Notes: a model not told the origin generated them from the sequence alone. Positions 27,992 to 37,280 are shown, numbered from the stretch's first letter. The stretch: 64,000 nucleotides of DNA from Acidobacteriota bacterium (GCA_024641665.1 JAHECP010000009.1:3038-67037); one strand, 5' to 3'. Translations and numbers: made by a program.

Positions 27992-29993
27992 GGTTGATCA
28001 CGTTGATCACTTCGGATCCCTCTACGATCCCATACATGGGACTCTTGACCTAGCAGACGCCGTCCCGGCCGACACGTTTGTCGGCAGCCTCGCGACGGCA
28101 GTGCGTTCACCCCTAGTCGATCGGCTTCGGCGCATCAAGCAGCTAGGGTTCGCGTCGTACCAGTTCGTGGGCGCCGATCACAGTCGGTACGCGCACGCCC
28201 TCGGCACGATGCACATGATGCGTGCCCTCCTTCGCCGCCTTGCACCAAGTCTTCGAGTGGACGCTGTCTCTCGACTGCGGAACAGGCTGCCGGCCGCAGA
28301 GCGAGTGTTTTCACAGGCGGAGGCGGCCGGCGTCAACGGCGCGGATGTGCTAACGCAGTACACCCTAGCAGCCGCGTTGTTTCAAGACGTTGGCGAACTG
28401 CCATACGAAACGGCGACGGGACTCATTTTCAAGCCAGACGAGGAGACACAGAGGAGGGTTGCTCAGCACGTGGGTCACGATGTTTACGCTTGGGAGCCGA
28501 AGAAAGTCTTCGGTATTGCAAGTCTGATTGATTCAGGGTCAGAACGGTCTCTGAAGGGCTTCGACCTCCAGTTGTTGGCCTTCCTTATCGTAGGGCGGCA
28601 GTATCCATGGATAAGCGAAGAGCCACAACTGCGCGCGTGGCTAAACCTGCTCGAAGGGGAGGTCGATGCTGACAGGCTCGACTACGTCTATCGAGACGCG
28701 CATCACACTGTCGGCGTCCGCGGCGATCCGCAGTCCGTCGTGGAGTCCCTCGTCGAGTACGACGAGATCGGCCCGGTCGTCTCCGATGTCGGACCGGTCA
28801 TCGACTTCCTCGCTACGCGAGCGAATCTCTGGCGTAGCGTTTATCTGTCTCCCCAGAACCGCTTCCGACGACTGCTTCTCGTCGTCTTACTTCGCGATAT
28901 CTTCTTCAATGAGAACTGCGCTCCCTGCGCGCAGGACTTTGTTCACTCTCATCAAGTTGCGCCATTACTCGGAATGGTTGGATTCAAGACGCTCGACGAT
29001 GTGTGGCTATGGGAGCGGCTCAGGCAGATATCTGAGAGTCGATTGAAACGTAATCTATCTGTGCGTGCCAGCGTCGCGCTCGAGTTGTTGCTCAGCGAAA
29101 GAGCTGACTACGAACACGCCTGGGTTCGTCCGTGGGATGGCGCAGCCTCTAGTGGCAATGACACTGTGCTCCCAGACGAACTGTTTTTTGACACGTATCA
29201 GGAACTGTATCGGCACCACTTCTATGAGCCGGGTTCGGTTCGCATCCATTCGCACAGTTTGAGGTTCCTGCGCACACCACTTGCGCTCGAAGACGCGTCT
29301 TTCGGCGGTTTTATGGCACCGGACTGGACACCGCTGCCGGTCCTTAAGGCCGCTCAAGTGTTCATGCCGATCGACCGTCAAGGTGCGCAATGGGACCAAG
29401 TGCAAAGCCTGCTAGATTCTGGTGGGCTGTACGAGGTCCTCTTCAGGAATGACCTGATCTCCCAGCTTGAGGTACCGACTGACACCCGCACACACAGGGA
29501 CTGTAAGGGGCCAGACATCTTCATATCCTTTCGCTGGGATAATGTGGATATCGTCGACGAGGTCCTGAGAGAGCTGTACTCGCGTCGTCGGCGCTACCAC
29601 GCATTGCGCGGCTCATATGAAGGCCTCGGTGGTACCACTGCTGACAACAGCCGTGCCGCCGCAAGAGAGGGCGAGGCCGCTTTGGTGATTGCATCCGTCG
29701 AGTACGGCGCCGCGTATAAGAACGATCCGAATGGCAACATTCATATTGAGATCGATGAGCTCGTTAGGCGTCGTGACAAGTCTTCAGGGAGCCCGATCGT
29801 CCCACTGGTGTTTCTGTCCATCGATCCTTGGCGAGACATTGAACGGACGCTGCCATGGCAGGGTCTCGGATTCGCGACCGTCCCTACCGTCGGTGAAGGG
29901 CTTCGAGGGCAACCACGGTCCAGAATCGTCAAGGCAGTGGATGTCGCGCTGCAGAAAATTGATTCTGAATATGACGGACCAAACCGTTTCTGA
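27984..29993 (+). CDS. HD-domain dNTP triphosphohydrolase-like (SAMHD1/Dgt type) fused to a C-terminal TIR-like domain (669 aa)
   Basis: ATG 27984 (GGAGGG SD) overlaps the previous stop by 8 nt. The HD signature is PLVDRLRRIKQLGFASYQFVGADHSRYAHALGTMHM plus DADRLDYVYRDAHHTVG. The C-terminus PDIFISFRWDNVDIVDEVLRELY...ALVIASVEYGAAY...IEIDEL is TIR-like. Confidence 0.8.
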   Translation: MAKVDHVDHFGSLYDPIHGTLDLADAVPADTFVGSLATAVRSPLVDRLRRIKQLGFASYQFVGADHSRYAHALGTMHMMRALLRRLAPSLRVDAVSRLRNRLPAAERVFSQAEAAGVNGADVLTQYTLAAALFQDVGELPYETATGLIFKPDEETQRRVAQHVGHDVYAWEPKKVFGIASLIDSGSERSLKGFDLQLLAFLIVGRQYPWISEEPQLRAWLNLLEGEVDADRLDYVYRDAHHTVGVRGDPQSVVESLVEYDEIGPVVSDVGPVIDFLATRANLWRSVYLSPQNRFRRLLLVVLLRDIFFNENCAPCAQDFVHSHQVAPLLGMVGFKTLDDVWLWERLRQISESRLKRNLSVRASVALELLLSERADYEHAWVRPWDGAASSGNDTVLPDELFFDTYQELYRHHFYEPGSVRIHSHSLRFLRTPLALEDASFGGFMAPDWTPLPVLKAAQVFMPIDRQGAQWDQVQSLLDSGGLYEVLFRNDLISQLEVPTDTRTHRDCKGPDIFISFRWDNVDIVDEVLRELYSRRRRYHALRGSYEGLGGTTADNSRAAAREGEAALVIASVEYGAAYKNDPNGNIHIEIDELVRRRDKSSGSPIVPLVFLSIDPWRDIERTLPWQGLGFATVPTVGEGLRGQPRSRIVKAVDVALQKIDSEYDGPNRF

Positions 29994-30993
29994 AGTCGGC
30001 GAGAAGGCTCTTATTGCGAAGTTGATAAGGCCACTGTTTGACGGGGGTGAGCCGTCGCCGACTATTGGCAATGACTGCGCGATCCTAGCCAGCCATGCAG
30101 AGCATGACTTGCTTTTGTCGACGGACCGCGTGCCGGCAGATCTGATTGCGTTTCGGCTAGGGATACTTGACCACTTTGGCTTGGGTCGTTATTTGGCGTT
30201 TCTGAACATTAGCGATATCGCGGCATGTGGGGGTGAACCGGCGGCCTTGCTCCTCAATATGGGGATTCCCGCTCAGCTGCCCGTAAGCGATTTCGATGCC
30301 ATTTGCCGCGGTGTCCACGAAGTGGTACTGCATTTCGGTTGTCGCGTGGTTGGCGGTGACATCAGTTCGAGCACGGAGCTGAGTTTGTCGGCTACCTCGG
30401 TAGGATTTGTGCCAAAGGGACGGGCGCTCACACGGAGCGGTGCGCGGCCCGGCGACAAGGTATTCATCACCAGAGAACTTGGCCTCACGCCAGCCGCCTT
30501 CGGCTATTTCCTTTCACAGGAGTGCAGGCTTGAACTGAGCGAAGCCGACGTCGAGCGGCTCAAGCGTCAATTCACAGACATTGTTCCGCTGGTCGATGTC
30601 GGCCGTTGGTTGCGGAATTCCGGCCGCTGCACGGCGTGTATGGATAATACGGACGGTGTCGCTCAGTCCTTTTCGGAGATTGGAGCGGAAAGCGGTGTAG
30701 CGATCGTTCTAGAACGAGAGCTCTTCAGCGTACCAGAACTCGTGACTTCGATCGCTGTCGCATCGGGCGTCGATCCCCTCAATCTGGCCCTCGGTCCAGG
30801 TGCGGATCTTTCTCTTGTGGGCACCCTTGCCAGTGATTGTGAACCTCCGGCCAATGTGGAGCCGTCCGCCAGAATTCGGGTAGTCGGCCGCGTCGAGGAG
30901 GGTCGTGGCGTACACCTCGCCGACGGCTCGGGTCGCCACCCGTTCGCGATCAAAGGGTGGGATTATTTTGTCGGGGAGATCAGCCGTCGATGA
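29971..30993 (+). CDS. ThiL/PurM-superfamily (AIR-synthase-related) ATP-utilising enzyme
   Basis: ORF-track 29689..30993 trimmed to ATG 29971, which overlaps the previous gene by 23 nt. GEKALIAKLIRPLF...IGNDCAIL...STDRV...NISDIAACGGEPAALLLNMGIP...VVGGDISSS...RSGARPGDKVFITRELG parallels thiamine-monophosphate kinase motifs. Confidence 0.8.
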   Translation: MTDQTVSEVGEKALIAKLIRPLFDGGEPSPTIGNDCAILASHAEHDLLLSTDRVPADLIAFRLGILDHFGLGRYLAFLNISDIAACGGEPAALLLNMGIPAQLPVSDFDAICRGVHEVVLHFGCRVVGGDISSSTELSLSATSVGFVPKGRALTRSGARPGDKVFITRELGLTPAAFGYFLSQECRLELSEADVERLKRQFTDIVPLVDVGRWLRNSGRCTACMDNTDGVAQSFSEIGAESGVAIVLERELFSVPELVTSIAVASGVDPLNLALGPGADLSLVGTLASDCEPPANVEPSARIRVVGRVEEGRGVHLADGSGRHPFAIKGWDYFVGEISRR

Positions 30994-31247
30994 AGTTGCC
31001 GACCCGATGCAGACCGAGTGATTAGCCGGGGAATGATTGCCCGGATCTGAGAAGACGAAGAAGACAACGTGGTCAGTCGGCTCGGATCCTTTCCCGGATG
31101 GGCTGCGGAAGGGCCGGGCCGGCCGCGGCTGTGGCCAGCGCCGCCTTGGATGAGCTCGAGCGCGGTCCATGGGGTACCAAGATTCCCACGGTGGTCCCGT
31201 CGTGGCGGTGGGCCTGGACCCGATCGCCGGGTCGACGATCGGCGTAC

Positions 31248-32138
31248 CTAGTTCAGCTTGCTCCGCTCCTCCTCGAGCCATCCGCGCATCCTGTCGATCG
31301 ATTCCTCAATGTCGCGGATGCGGCTCTCCTCCTCGTCCATCCACTCCTGGCATCGCTCCTTGAACTTGTCGCTCCAAGCTGACTCATAGTCACTTTCGAG
31401 CTTCGACAGATGTGCCTTCGCCTTTTCGAGAGCGTTTTCTGCCTTGTCCAGCTTGCCTTCCAGCTTTTCGATATTGGCCTCGATCCGGGCGCGCCTGTTC
31501 TCCTGGCGCTCCTGCCACTGACGCCGGCGTTCCTCGTGAAAGCGGTTCTTGGCTTCCTTCCACCTGGCCCAGGCATCGTTCAGGCGATCCTGCGCCTTGT
31601 TCAGGGCTTCGTAGGCCGCGTGCCTGTCCGCAGGAAGCATCACGTCCTTGGATTCGCCGAAGAACGCCCATGCCTCTTTCATCGCGGCGCTGCAGTTCTT
31701 CAAGTCTTCGTGGACTTCATCGAGTTGCTCCAGACCCATCACGGAGCGCAGAGCATTTTCGAGCAGCGTCAACGGCCCGAGCACCACAGAGGCGATCATG
31801 CGTTCCAGGTCCGTGACGGGCCGCGTGCCGCCCAGCTTCGATTCGAGGCTGCCACGGGCACGTTCGCTGCGTTCGACCTTTTCCTGCCACGCGCGCTGGC
31901 GCTTCTCGCGCTCCTCCTTCTCGCGCGCGCTGCGCTCACGGGCCTGGTCGATCAGCTCGTTCAGGCGCTGCCAAGCGGCCTGCCTGTCTTCAAGCCTGGG
32001 ATAGCGCACGCCTTTGAAGCCTGCCTTGACGTCCCCGACCAGGGACCACAGCCCCTTCCAGTAGCCCTTTTGCGGCGCGTCGTCCTCCACGCACGCCTGA
32101 AGCGCGTCGATCATCCTGTCGAGTTCGCTGTAGTCCAT
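31248..32138 (-). CDS. Hypothetical coiled-coil protein (296 aa)
   Basis: Long heptad-like, charged helical stretches (RERSAREKEEREKRQRAWQEKVERSERA; IEANIEKLEGKLDKAENALEKAKAHLSKLESDYE). Clean coding composition. Confidence 0.6.
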   Translation of the reverse strand: MDYSELDRMIDALQACVEDDAPQKGYWKGLWSLVGDVKAGFKGVRYPRLEDRQAAWQRLNELIDQARERSAREKEEREKRQRAWQEKVERSERARGSLESKLGGTRPVTDLERMIASVVLGPLTLLENALRSVMGLEQLDEVHEDLKNCSAAMKEAWAFFGESKDVMLPADRHAAYEALNKAQDRLNDAWARWKEAKNRFHEERRRQWQERQENRRARIEANIEKLEGKLDKAENALEKAKAHLSKLESDYESAWSDKFKERCQEWMDEEESRIRDIEESIDRMRGWLEEERSKLN

Positions 32139-32395
32139 GCGATCTCACCCGCCTGCGAGGCCGGTCCTAGTCTAGATCAGGCCGGCTGCGCGCCCCGTAT
32201 CAGAACGAACCGGGAACGTCAGCGCCGGGCGGCGCGGCAGGAAGGGACGGGAGCCGATATGGCTCGCATTTGGCAGAGGATGGGTGCTGGTGAGTGAAAA
32301 GGGGTGTCGGAGCCTTCTCTCTCCCGGGTGGGCTACGGAGGGGCCACCTGGGGCGCGCCTTCCGCCTCGGCATGGAATGAGAGAGAATTCCGCCT

Positions 32396-32941
32396 GTGAC
32401 TCTCTCTGACGAGACGCGCCTGGAAGCGATGAGCCTGGGGCTGAGGCGCATCGTTGAGGATCTCGGGGACGGCGCGTTTGACGGCCTGCGCTGCCGGCCC
32501 GACTCCGAGCGCTATCGGGATGTCCCGCAGACGACATGGGTCGAGCTGGAAGGGTTGGGTTACGTACGGGCCGCTCACGCCGTCGGCAGCCCAGGCTACC
32601 GGCTCACCGGCGCGGGGTGGATCGCGGCGCTGCGAGTCTCCGGGGTGTTTGACTCGGAGAAGCTGCGCGCCCGGGCCGTCACGCTGCGGGCGGCGCTGAA
32701 GGACCTCGTCAAGGGACGCCCGTTGAGCGGCGCCATCACGGACTTCTACGAGCTTTCTGCAAGAACGGGACTGCCGTTTGAGTGGATTGCAGGCGCGCTG
32801 GAGTCGCGTCTGTTGCAGCACCTGTGGAGCTGGGATCATCTCGATGTGGCCCTGGAGCATGGCGGGCGCGTCATTCGCGTGCCCGCGCGTTTCGGCTCGA
32901 AACGCCCGCTGTACGAAGCCGGCCCCTTCCCGGACCCGTAG
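32396..32941 (+). CDS. Hypothetical protein (181 aa)
   Basis: ORF-track entry with a GTG start. G/C-rich third positions and non-repetitive sequence. No family recognised. Confidence 0.55.
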   Translation: MTLSDETRLEAMSLGLRRIVEDLGDGAFDGLRCRPDSERYRDVPQTTWVELEGLGYVRAAHAVGSPGYRLTGAGWIAALRVSGVFDSEKLRARAVTLRAALKDLVKGRPLSGAITDFYELSARTGLPFEWIAGALESRLLQHLWSWDHLDVALEHGGRVIRVPARFGSKRPLYEAGPFPDP

Positions 32942-33344
32942 GGCGGGTGCGAGGCGGAGAGTTTGCGGCGCGCGGTGCAGGGATGAGAATCAGCGATCTT
33001 TTGTTCTTCGCGCACTTAAGGGTCGGCTTTCTTCGCAGGCTCTTGCAGGAGCGGCCCTTCAAGGCATCCCGCAAGAGTAAGTCCGAGAGGGTCGTTCCGC
33101 CTTCACCAAGGCTGCGGCGTGACGGGTCCGCCTTGCGCTGAACCCCTGAAAAGGGCTACGGCGCGATAAGTCCGCTTGATGGATTGACCTCACGCACGCG
33201 GCCTTCGCCCGCGCCCCACGATTTCGTGCTATGATTGCTCCACCTTGCGCGAGCGGGCATTCTCCCGCTCCCCATAGCGCAGGCTCTGCGAAGCCGTCCA
33301 ACGGTTTCCCGTGTTCCGGGTCACTAAGACCCAGGGAGGGCCTC

Positions 33345-33863
33345 ATGGCCATTGTCCGCGCCGATCCGTCCGCCGGTCCTGCTCCCCTCTCACCTCCAAG
33401 CGCTCCTGAGCGCATCACGGCCGCGTTCGAAAAGCTCACCGTCTCGGCCAAGACCATCAACGACGCCTCCGGCGAGCTCGCGAAGCCTGTCGCGTCGCTC
33501 GAGAAGGCCCTGCAGCGCCTGAATGTCGGCGTCGCCTGCTGGACGAAGATCAGCGGCGGCAGCGACGAATACGATTACTGGAGCCAGGATGTCGGCTATG
33601 CCAGGGTCAAGGGCGAATGGTGCCTGGCCATCCGCACCGTCAGCGGCAACGAAGGCGACCCGGAACGGGAAAGCCAGGAGATCTGGCCGTTCAACGAAGC
33701 ACCGCGCTATCTGCGGATCAAGGGCGTCGACAAGCTGCCTGACCTGATCGAGGCGCTCATCGAGGCGACCAACGCCACGGCCAAGCGGCTGAGCGAGAAG
33801 GTCGCCCCGGCACAAGATCTCGCGGCGGCCGTCAACGCGCTCGTCAACCCGAAGAAGAAGTAG
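33345..33863 (+). CDS. Hypothetical protein (172 aa)
   Basis: ORF-track 33231..33863 trimmed to ATG 33345 (GGGAGGG SD). No family recognised. Confidence 0.55.
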   Translation: MAIVRADPSAGPAPLSPPSAPERITAAFEKLTVSAKTINDASGELAKPVASLEKALQRLNVGVACWTKISGGSDEYDYWSQDVGYARVKGEWCLAIRTVSGNEGDPERESQEIWPFNEAPRYLRIKGVDKLPDLIEALIEATNATAKRLSEKVAPAQDLAAAVNALVNPKKK

Positions 33864-33869
33864 GGCGTG

Positions 33870-34037
33870 ATGACGAGCTTGCTGATCGCAGGCGTCGTGT
33901 GTCTTGTCGCAAGCGCCGTCGTCCTGTGCGCTCGCGGGCTCATCGCCATGGCGATGCGGCGCTACCCCCGCGTGAAGGCCGGAGTCCATGTCGGGCGGTC
34001 CGGCTTCTATATCGAGGCGGATGACGGGCGCGAGTAG
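33870..34037 (+). CDS. Possible 55-aa single-TM peptide
   Basis: Below the ORF-track size cutoff. Own translation: MTSLLIAGVVCLVASAVVLCARGLIAMAMRRYPRVKAGVHVGRSGFYIEADDGRE. It starts 7 nt after the previous stop. Confidence 0.3.
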   Translation: MTSLLIAGVVCLVASAVVLCARGLIAMAMRRYPRVKAGVHVGRSGFYIEADDGRE

Positions 34038-34307
34038 AGTGGTCGCATCGGCGTTACACCCGGCGCGCCGGAGCCAGGGCGCGTGCTGCCTTGAGCGGGT
34101 TTTCAGGGGATTGTGGACGAGCGGGCGCTGTAGCATCTGCCGCAGGGTGCGCTCGTCTGGCGGTTAGTCGTGGGCCCTGGATGTTAACGGCCCACCTGCG
34201 TGGTTTGGATCGCGGGCGAGGGGCTTCGGGAGGCCGTGGCAGGCTTACCCCAGCGGCTCGCTGGCGGCCCTATGCCCTGGGTATTCCCCACTCTGGTGGA
34301 GGTCCCG

Positions 34308-34532
34308 ATGGCGATTGTGGAAGAGGGGCAGCTGAAGGAGTCATTTCGCGGGTTTCACAACCGCGATACGGTGTTTGAATTCTACGGCGGCGGCAAGTGG
34401 CGGCAGAACGAGTATAAGTACTTCTACTACTACGCCTACATGCCGCAGGCGCGCGTCGTGGATGACCAGGGCGGATACCGCCTGGAGGTGGACGGCATGG
34501 GTGAGAGCGTGGAGGTCGTGCGGGTGCGGTAG
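34308..34532 (+). CDS. Hypothetical 74-aa aromatic-rich protein
   Basis: ORF-track 34200..34532 trimmed to ATG 34308 (GGAGG lies 7 nt upstream). Sequence: MAIVEEGQLKESFRGFHNRDTVFEFYGGGKWRQNEYKYFYYYAYMPQARVVDDQGGYRLEVDGMGESVEVVRVR. It ends 18 nt upstream of the AbiJ-like gene. Confidence 0.5.
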   Translation: MAIVEEGQLKESFRGFHNRDTVFEFYGGGKWRQNEYKYFYYYAYMPQARVVDDQGGYRLEVDGMGESVEVVRVR

Positions 34533-34549
34533 CAGGAGGTGGCAGAGCC

Positions 34550-35476
34550 ATGCGTTACCCGCCAAACCAGATTACCGAGCCGACGCGGCGGAACATCGCG
34601 GATGAGTTGCTGTTGCGCGGCATGCCGCCGAACGGCCGGCTGAACGAAGTCGAGTTCTTCTCCCGCCTGTTTGATCTGAAGGCGCTGCCGACGCGCGACT
34701 ACCGCACACACGAGTTTCCCGACATGGCGGCCGACCTGTGGCAGCACCGCGTGAACAATGCCGACTGGGATGATGGGTGGTGGTGGACGGACGATCGGCT
34801 GGCCCTGCTGCATGCGCCCGACGAGGCGTTCCTGCGCTTCCTTGCGGAGATGGTTCATCCAATCGTGCGCCCTGACCCTGCGGAGCGGGAAGCGTATCTG
34901 GAGGTTTTCAACCGGCATCTGGCGGCTGAAGGGTGGGAGATCGGACCGGTGAGCCGGATTGGCGCGCATCCCGTCTATGGCGGCAGGCGGCTGGAGCAGA
35001 TGCCTCCGGCCGTGGTCGCCGAGGCGAAGGCACTGGCCCAAACGCTCGGGGATTATGTCGCGCGGCAGGTTACGCGGATGGAGGCGGCCCTGCCCGGAGA
35101 TCTCGAGCTGGCGATCGGCACCGCCAAGGAGTTTATGGAGACCGTCTGCCGGACGATTCTTGAAGAGCGCGGGATTGGACTTCCTGGGGACGATGATCTG
35201 CCGGCTCTGGTCAAGCTGACGGTCAGGAGCCTGCCGGTGGTGCCCGACGGGATCGAGGATAAGGCAAAGTGGGAGGGAACGGTCGTTCGGCTGGTGAACA
35301 ATCTCTCGTCGGCGGGACAGAGTCTTGCGGAGCTGCGCAACGCCTTCGGAACCGGGCATGGCAAGGAAGCGGGCCACAAGGGACTGGACACCCATCACGC
35401 GAAGCTCATCGTCCACCTCGCAACCACTGTCGGCGTCTTCTTGTACGAGGCGCATGAGAGGAATCCGGTTGCGTAG
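34550..35476 (+). CDS. Abortive-infection protein, AbiJ-like N-terminal region plus an Abi_C (HEPN-type) C-terminal domain
   Basis: The C-terminal LAIGTAKEFMETVCRTILE...LSSAGQSLAELRNAFGTGHGK contains the R-x4-6-H HEPN/Abi_C motif (RNAFGTGH). Confidence 0.8.
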   Translation: MRYPPNQITEPTRRNIADELLLRGMPPNGRLNEVEFFSRLFDLKALPTRDYRTHEFPDMAADLWQHRVNNADWDDGWWWTDDRLALLHAPDEAFLRFLAEMVHPIVRPDPAEREAYLEVFNRHLAAEGWEIGPVSRIGAHPVYGGRRLEQMPPAVVAEAKALAQTLGDYVARQVTRMEAALPGDLELAIGTAKEFMETVCRTILEERGIGLPGDDDLPALVKLTVRSLPVVPDGIEDKAKWEGTVVRLVNNLSSAGQSLAELRNAFGTGHGKEAGHKGLDTHHAKLIVHLATTVGVFLYEAHERNPVA

Positions 35477-35714
35477 CGTGGAGGCCGGTGCGGCGCGCGG
35501 GTTTTCGGGAGCGACCGCCAAGGCATCCCACAAGCGTGAGACCGGGGGGCTGCTCCTACTCCGCTACTTACGCAGCTACGGCCGCCTCTTTCGCAGTGAT
35601 TCGATCTCACGCGGCGCTGTGTCACTCCAGGCCGGCGTGGCGGGTAGCGTCTTGAAGACAGCGGCCGTGGCGGTGTCGCTCGGCGGTGGCCGAGGCGGCA
35701 GGGTGATGCTGGCT

Positions 35715-36536
35715 CTACCGTGGCCTCGTCTTGAGGGCTGTCAACAGGAGCTCACATACCAATCCTGCGGACTGAGTGCTGAGCCTACCCTCCAGAAGCG
35801 TCGCAACGCTTGGCTCCGGCCGACCATGCCCGTCACCCCGATCGTTCCTGAGGCGGTTTACGGCGCACGCTAACAGAAACAGCGCCTGTTGCAGCGCCCG
35901 GTACGGGTCCTTGTCCAGCTTTGCGTCTGAACCCGAGAGACCCAGGGAATAAAACGCGCTGAAGAGCGCCGTGGGAAAGTTGGAGGCCGGACCCACGGTC
36001 GCGTAGTGGCCGGTGGTTTCCTTGAGAACGTGCCTGACCGTCGCCTCTTCGAGGTTCTTGGCAGTGCCGATCAAGAGCTCCGCGTCACCCGACCCCGTTT
36101 GCGCGCGGCGCACATAGGCCCACAGCGCCTCCGTCAGGTCAGTCCCCTCAAGGTTCTCAAGAACGGTCGGCCGGAGATTGCCTTCCGGATCAAGGTCAAA
36201 CCCGACCCGCCGAAAGGCGGCGCGGAGCTGCGCGACAGTCTCGGCCCCTGGGCAATCCGGGGTGCCGAGCCGGAAGCCGCCGGAGGCCCGCACCTGGTTG
36301 ACGAAGAGCTCGACAAACCGCGCTCCCTCGTCAGGCTGGTGGTCTATCGCATGGGCGAGAATCATGCGGAGGCGTTTGACCTTGCCCCGCTGCACGCCTT
36401 CCTGGACATCAGGCTCGGCGTCCGACAGGCGCGCCCGTGCCACCATGCGCGAGATCTCGTCGTGCGAGGGACCGCGCTGATCGACGAAACGCGGAAGAAG
36501 GGTGATCAGTTCTTCCGTGAGCATGTATTCCCGCAT
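35715..36536 (-). CDS. Abi_C (HEPN-type) domain protein
   Basis: ORF-track 35715..36578 trimmed to ATG 36536. LLIGTAKNLEEATVRHVLKE...LLACAVNRLRNDRGDGHGR carries the same Abi_C pattern as the convergent neighbour. Confidence 0.75.
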   Translation of the reverse strand: MREYMLTEELITLLPRFVDQRGPSHDEISRMVARARLSDAEPDVQEGVQRGKVKRLRMILAHAIDHQPDEGARFVELFVNQVRASGGFRLGTPDCPGAETVAQLRAAFRRVGFDLDPEGNLRPTVLENLEGTDLTEALWAYVRRAQTGSGDAELLIGTAKNLEEATVRHVLKETTGHYATVGPASNFPTALFSAFYSLGLSGSDAKLDKDPYRALQQALFLLACAVNRLRNDRGDGHGRPEPSVATLLEGRLSTQSAGLVCELLLTALKTRPR

Positions 36537-36764
36537 ATTTGTGCCGCGTCGGGCGCGTGATGACAAACCATCATGCATGGCCGACGCAGCGTTGGCTGCG
36601 ACGTCGCAGAGAAACCAGAAACCGCTGCGCTAGCCGAGGACCAACGCGACCACCGTGTGCCTGTTCCGCGGCCAACGGCATGACTGAGGTCGTATCGAGC
36701 ACAGACACCGAGGCGTTCAGCCTGGACGGGAAGCTGACAGCTCGATTCTCTCTAACGCCGGATC

Positions 36765-37073
36765 CTATTTTGCCACAGCCTTCTTGCGCTTAGCCCAATA
36801 CGCTTTCATGCGTTTGCTCACCGCTCGCTTCTGGGCAGCGCTCATCGTCCGGCTGGCGCGCTTCGTCGTCTTCTTCACGGCACGGGCCGCACGGCGGCCG
36901 ACTCCCCTTCCGAGGCTTGAGAGCGCGCCTTCCACGGCCGTAATCTGCCGATCGAGGCGGGTGCGCTCGGCGCGGAGTTCGTTAAGGGCTTTCTCTAGCG
37001 TCGATGCGACGTTTGGCAAGTGGGGCTCCTTTTCAAGGACAGATGACGGGCCGACAAGCAGCCGTTGCGGCAC
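36765..37073 (-). CDS. Hypothetical 102-aa protein with a coiled-coil segment and a very basic Lys/Arg/Ala tail
   Basis: LEKALNELRAERTRLDRQITAVEGAL is followed by RRAARAVKKTTKRASRTMSAAQKRAVSKRMKAYWAKRKKAVAK, a histone-H1-like tail. Confidence 0.5.
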   Translation of the reverse strand: MPQRLLVGPSSVLEKEPHLPNVASTLEKALNELRAERTRLDRQITAVEGALSSLGRGVGRRAARAVKKTTKRASRTMSAAQKRAVSKRMKAYWAKRKKAVAK

Positions 37074-37280
37074 TTATCTTACCCGGGTGCGCGGTGCGGC
37101 CGGTGCGGGATTTTGGCATTGGCACCAGCGAGAGCGGCGGCGACGTCGCGTCCGCGAGGCAAGGCGCCCTGACGCCTGGTCGGCAGCACGGCGCAGAATC
37201 AGCCAGCGGGTCGGTCTTTGCGCGCTGGCCGTCTCATCGCTCCTCCCCGCTGAGCGAGAGATCCGCGACTGCCTCTTCTA

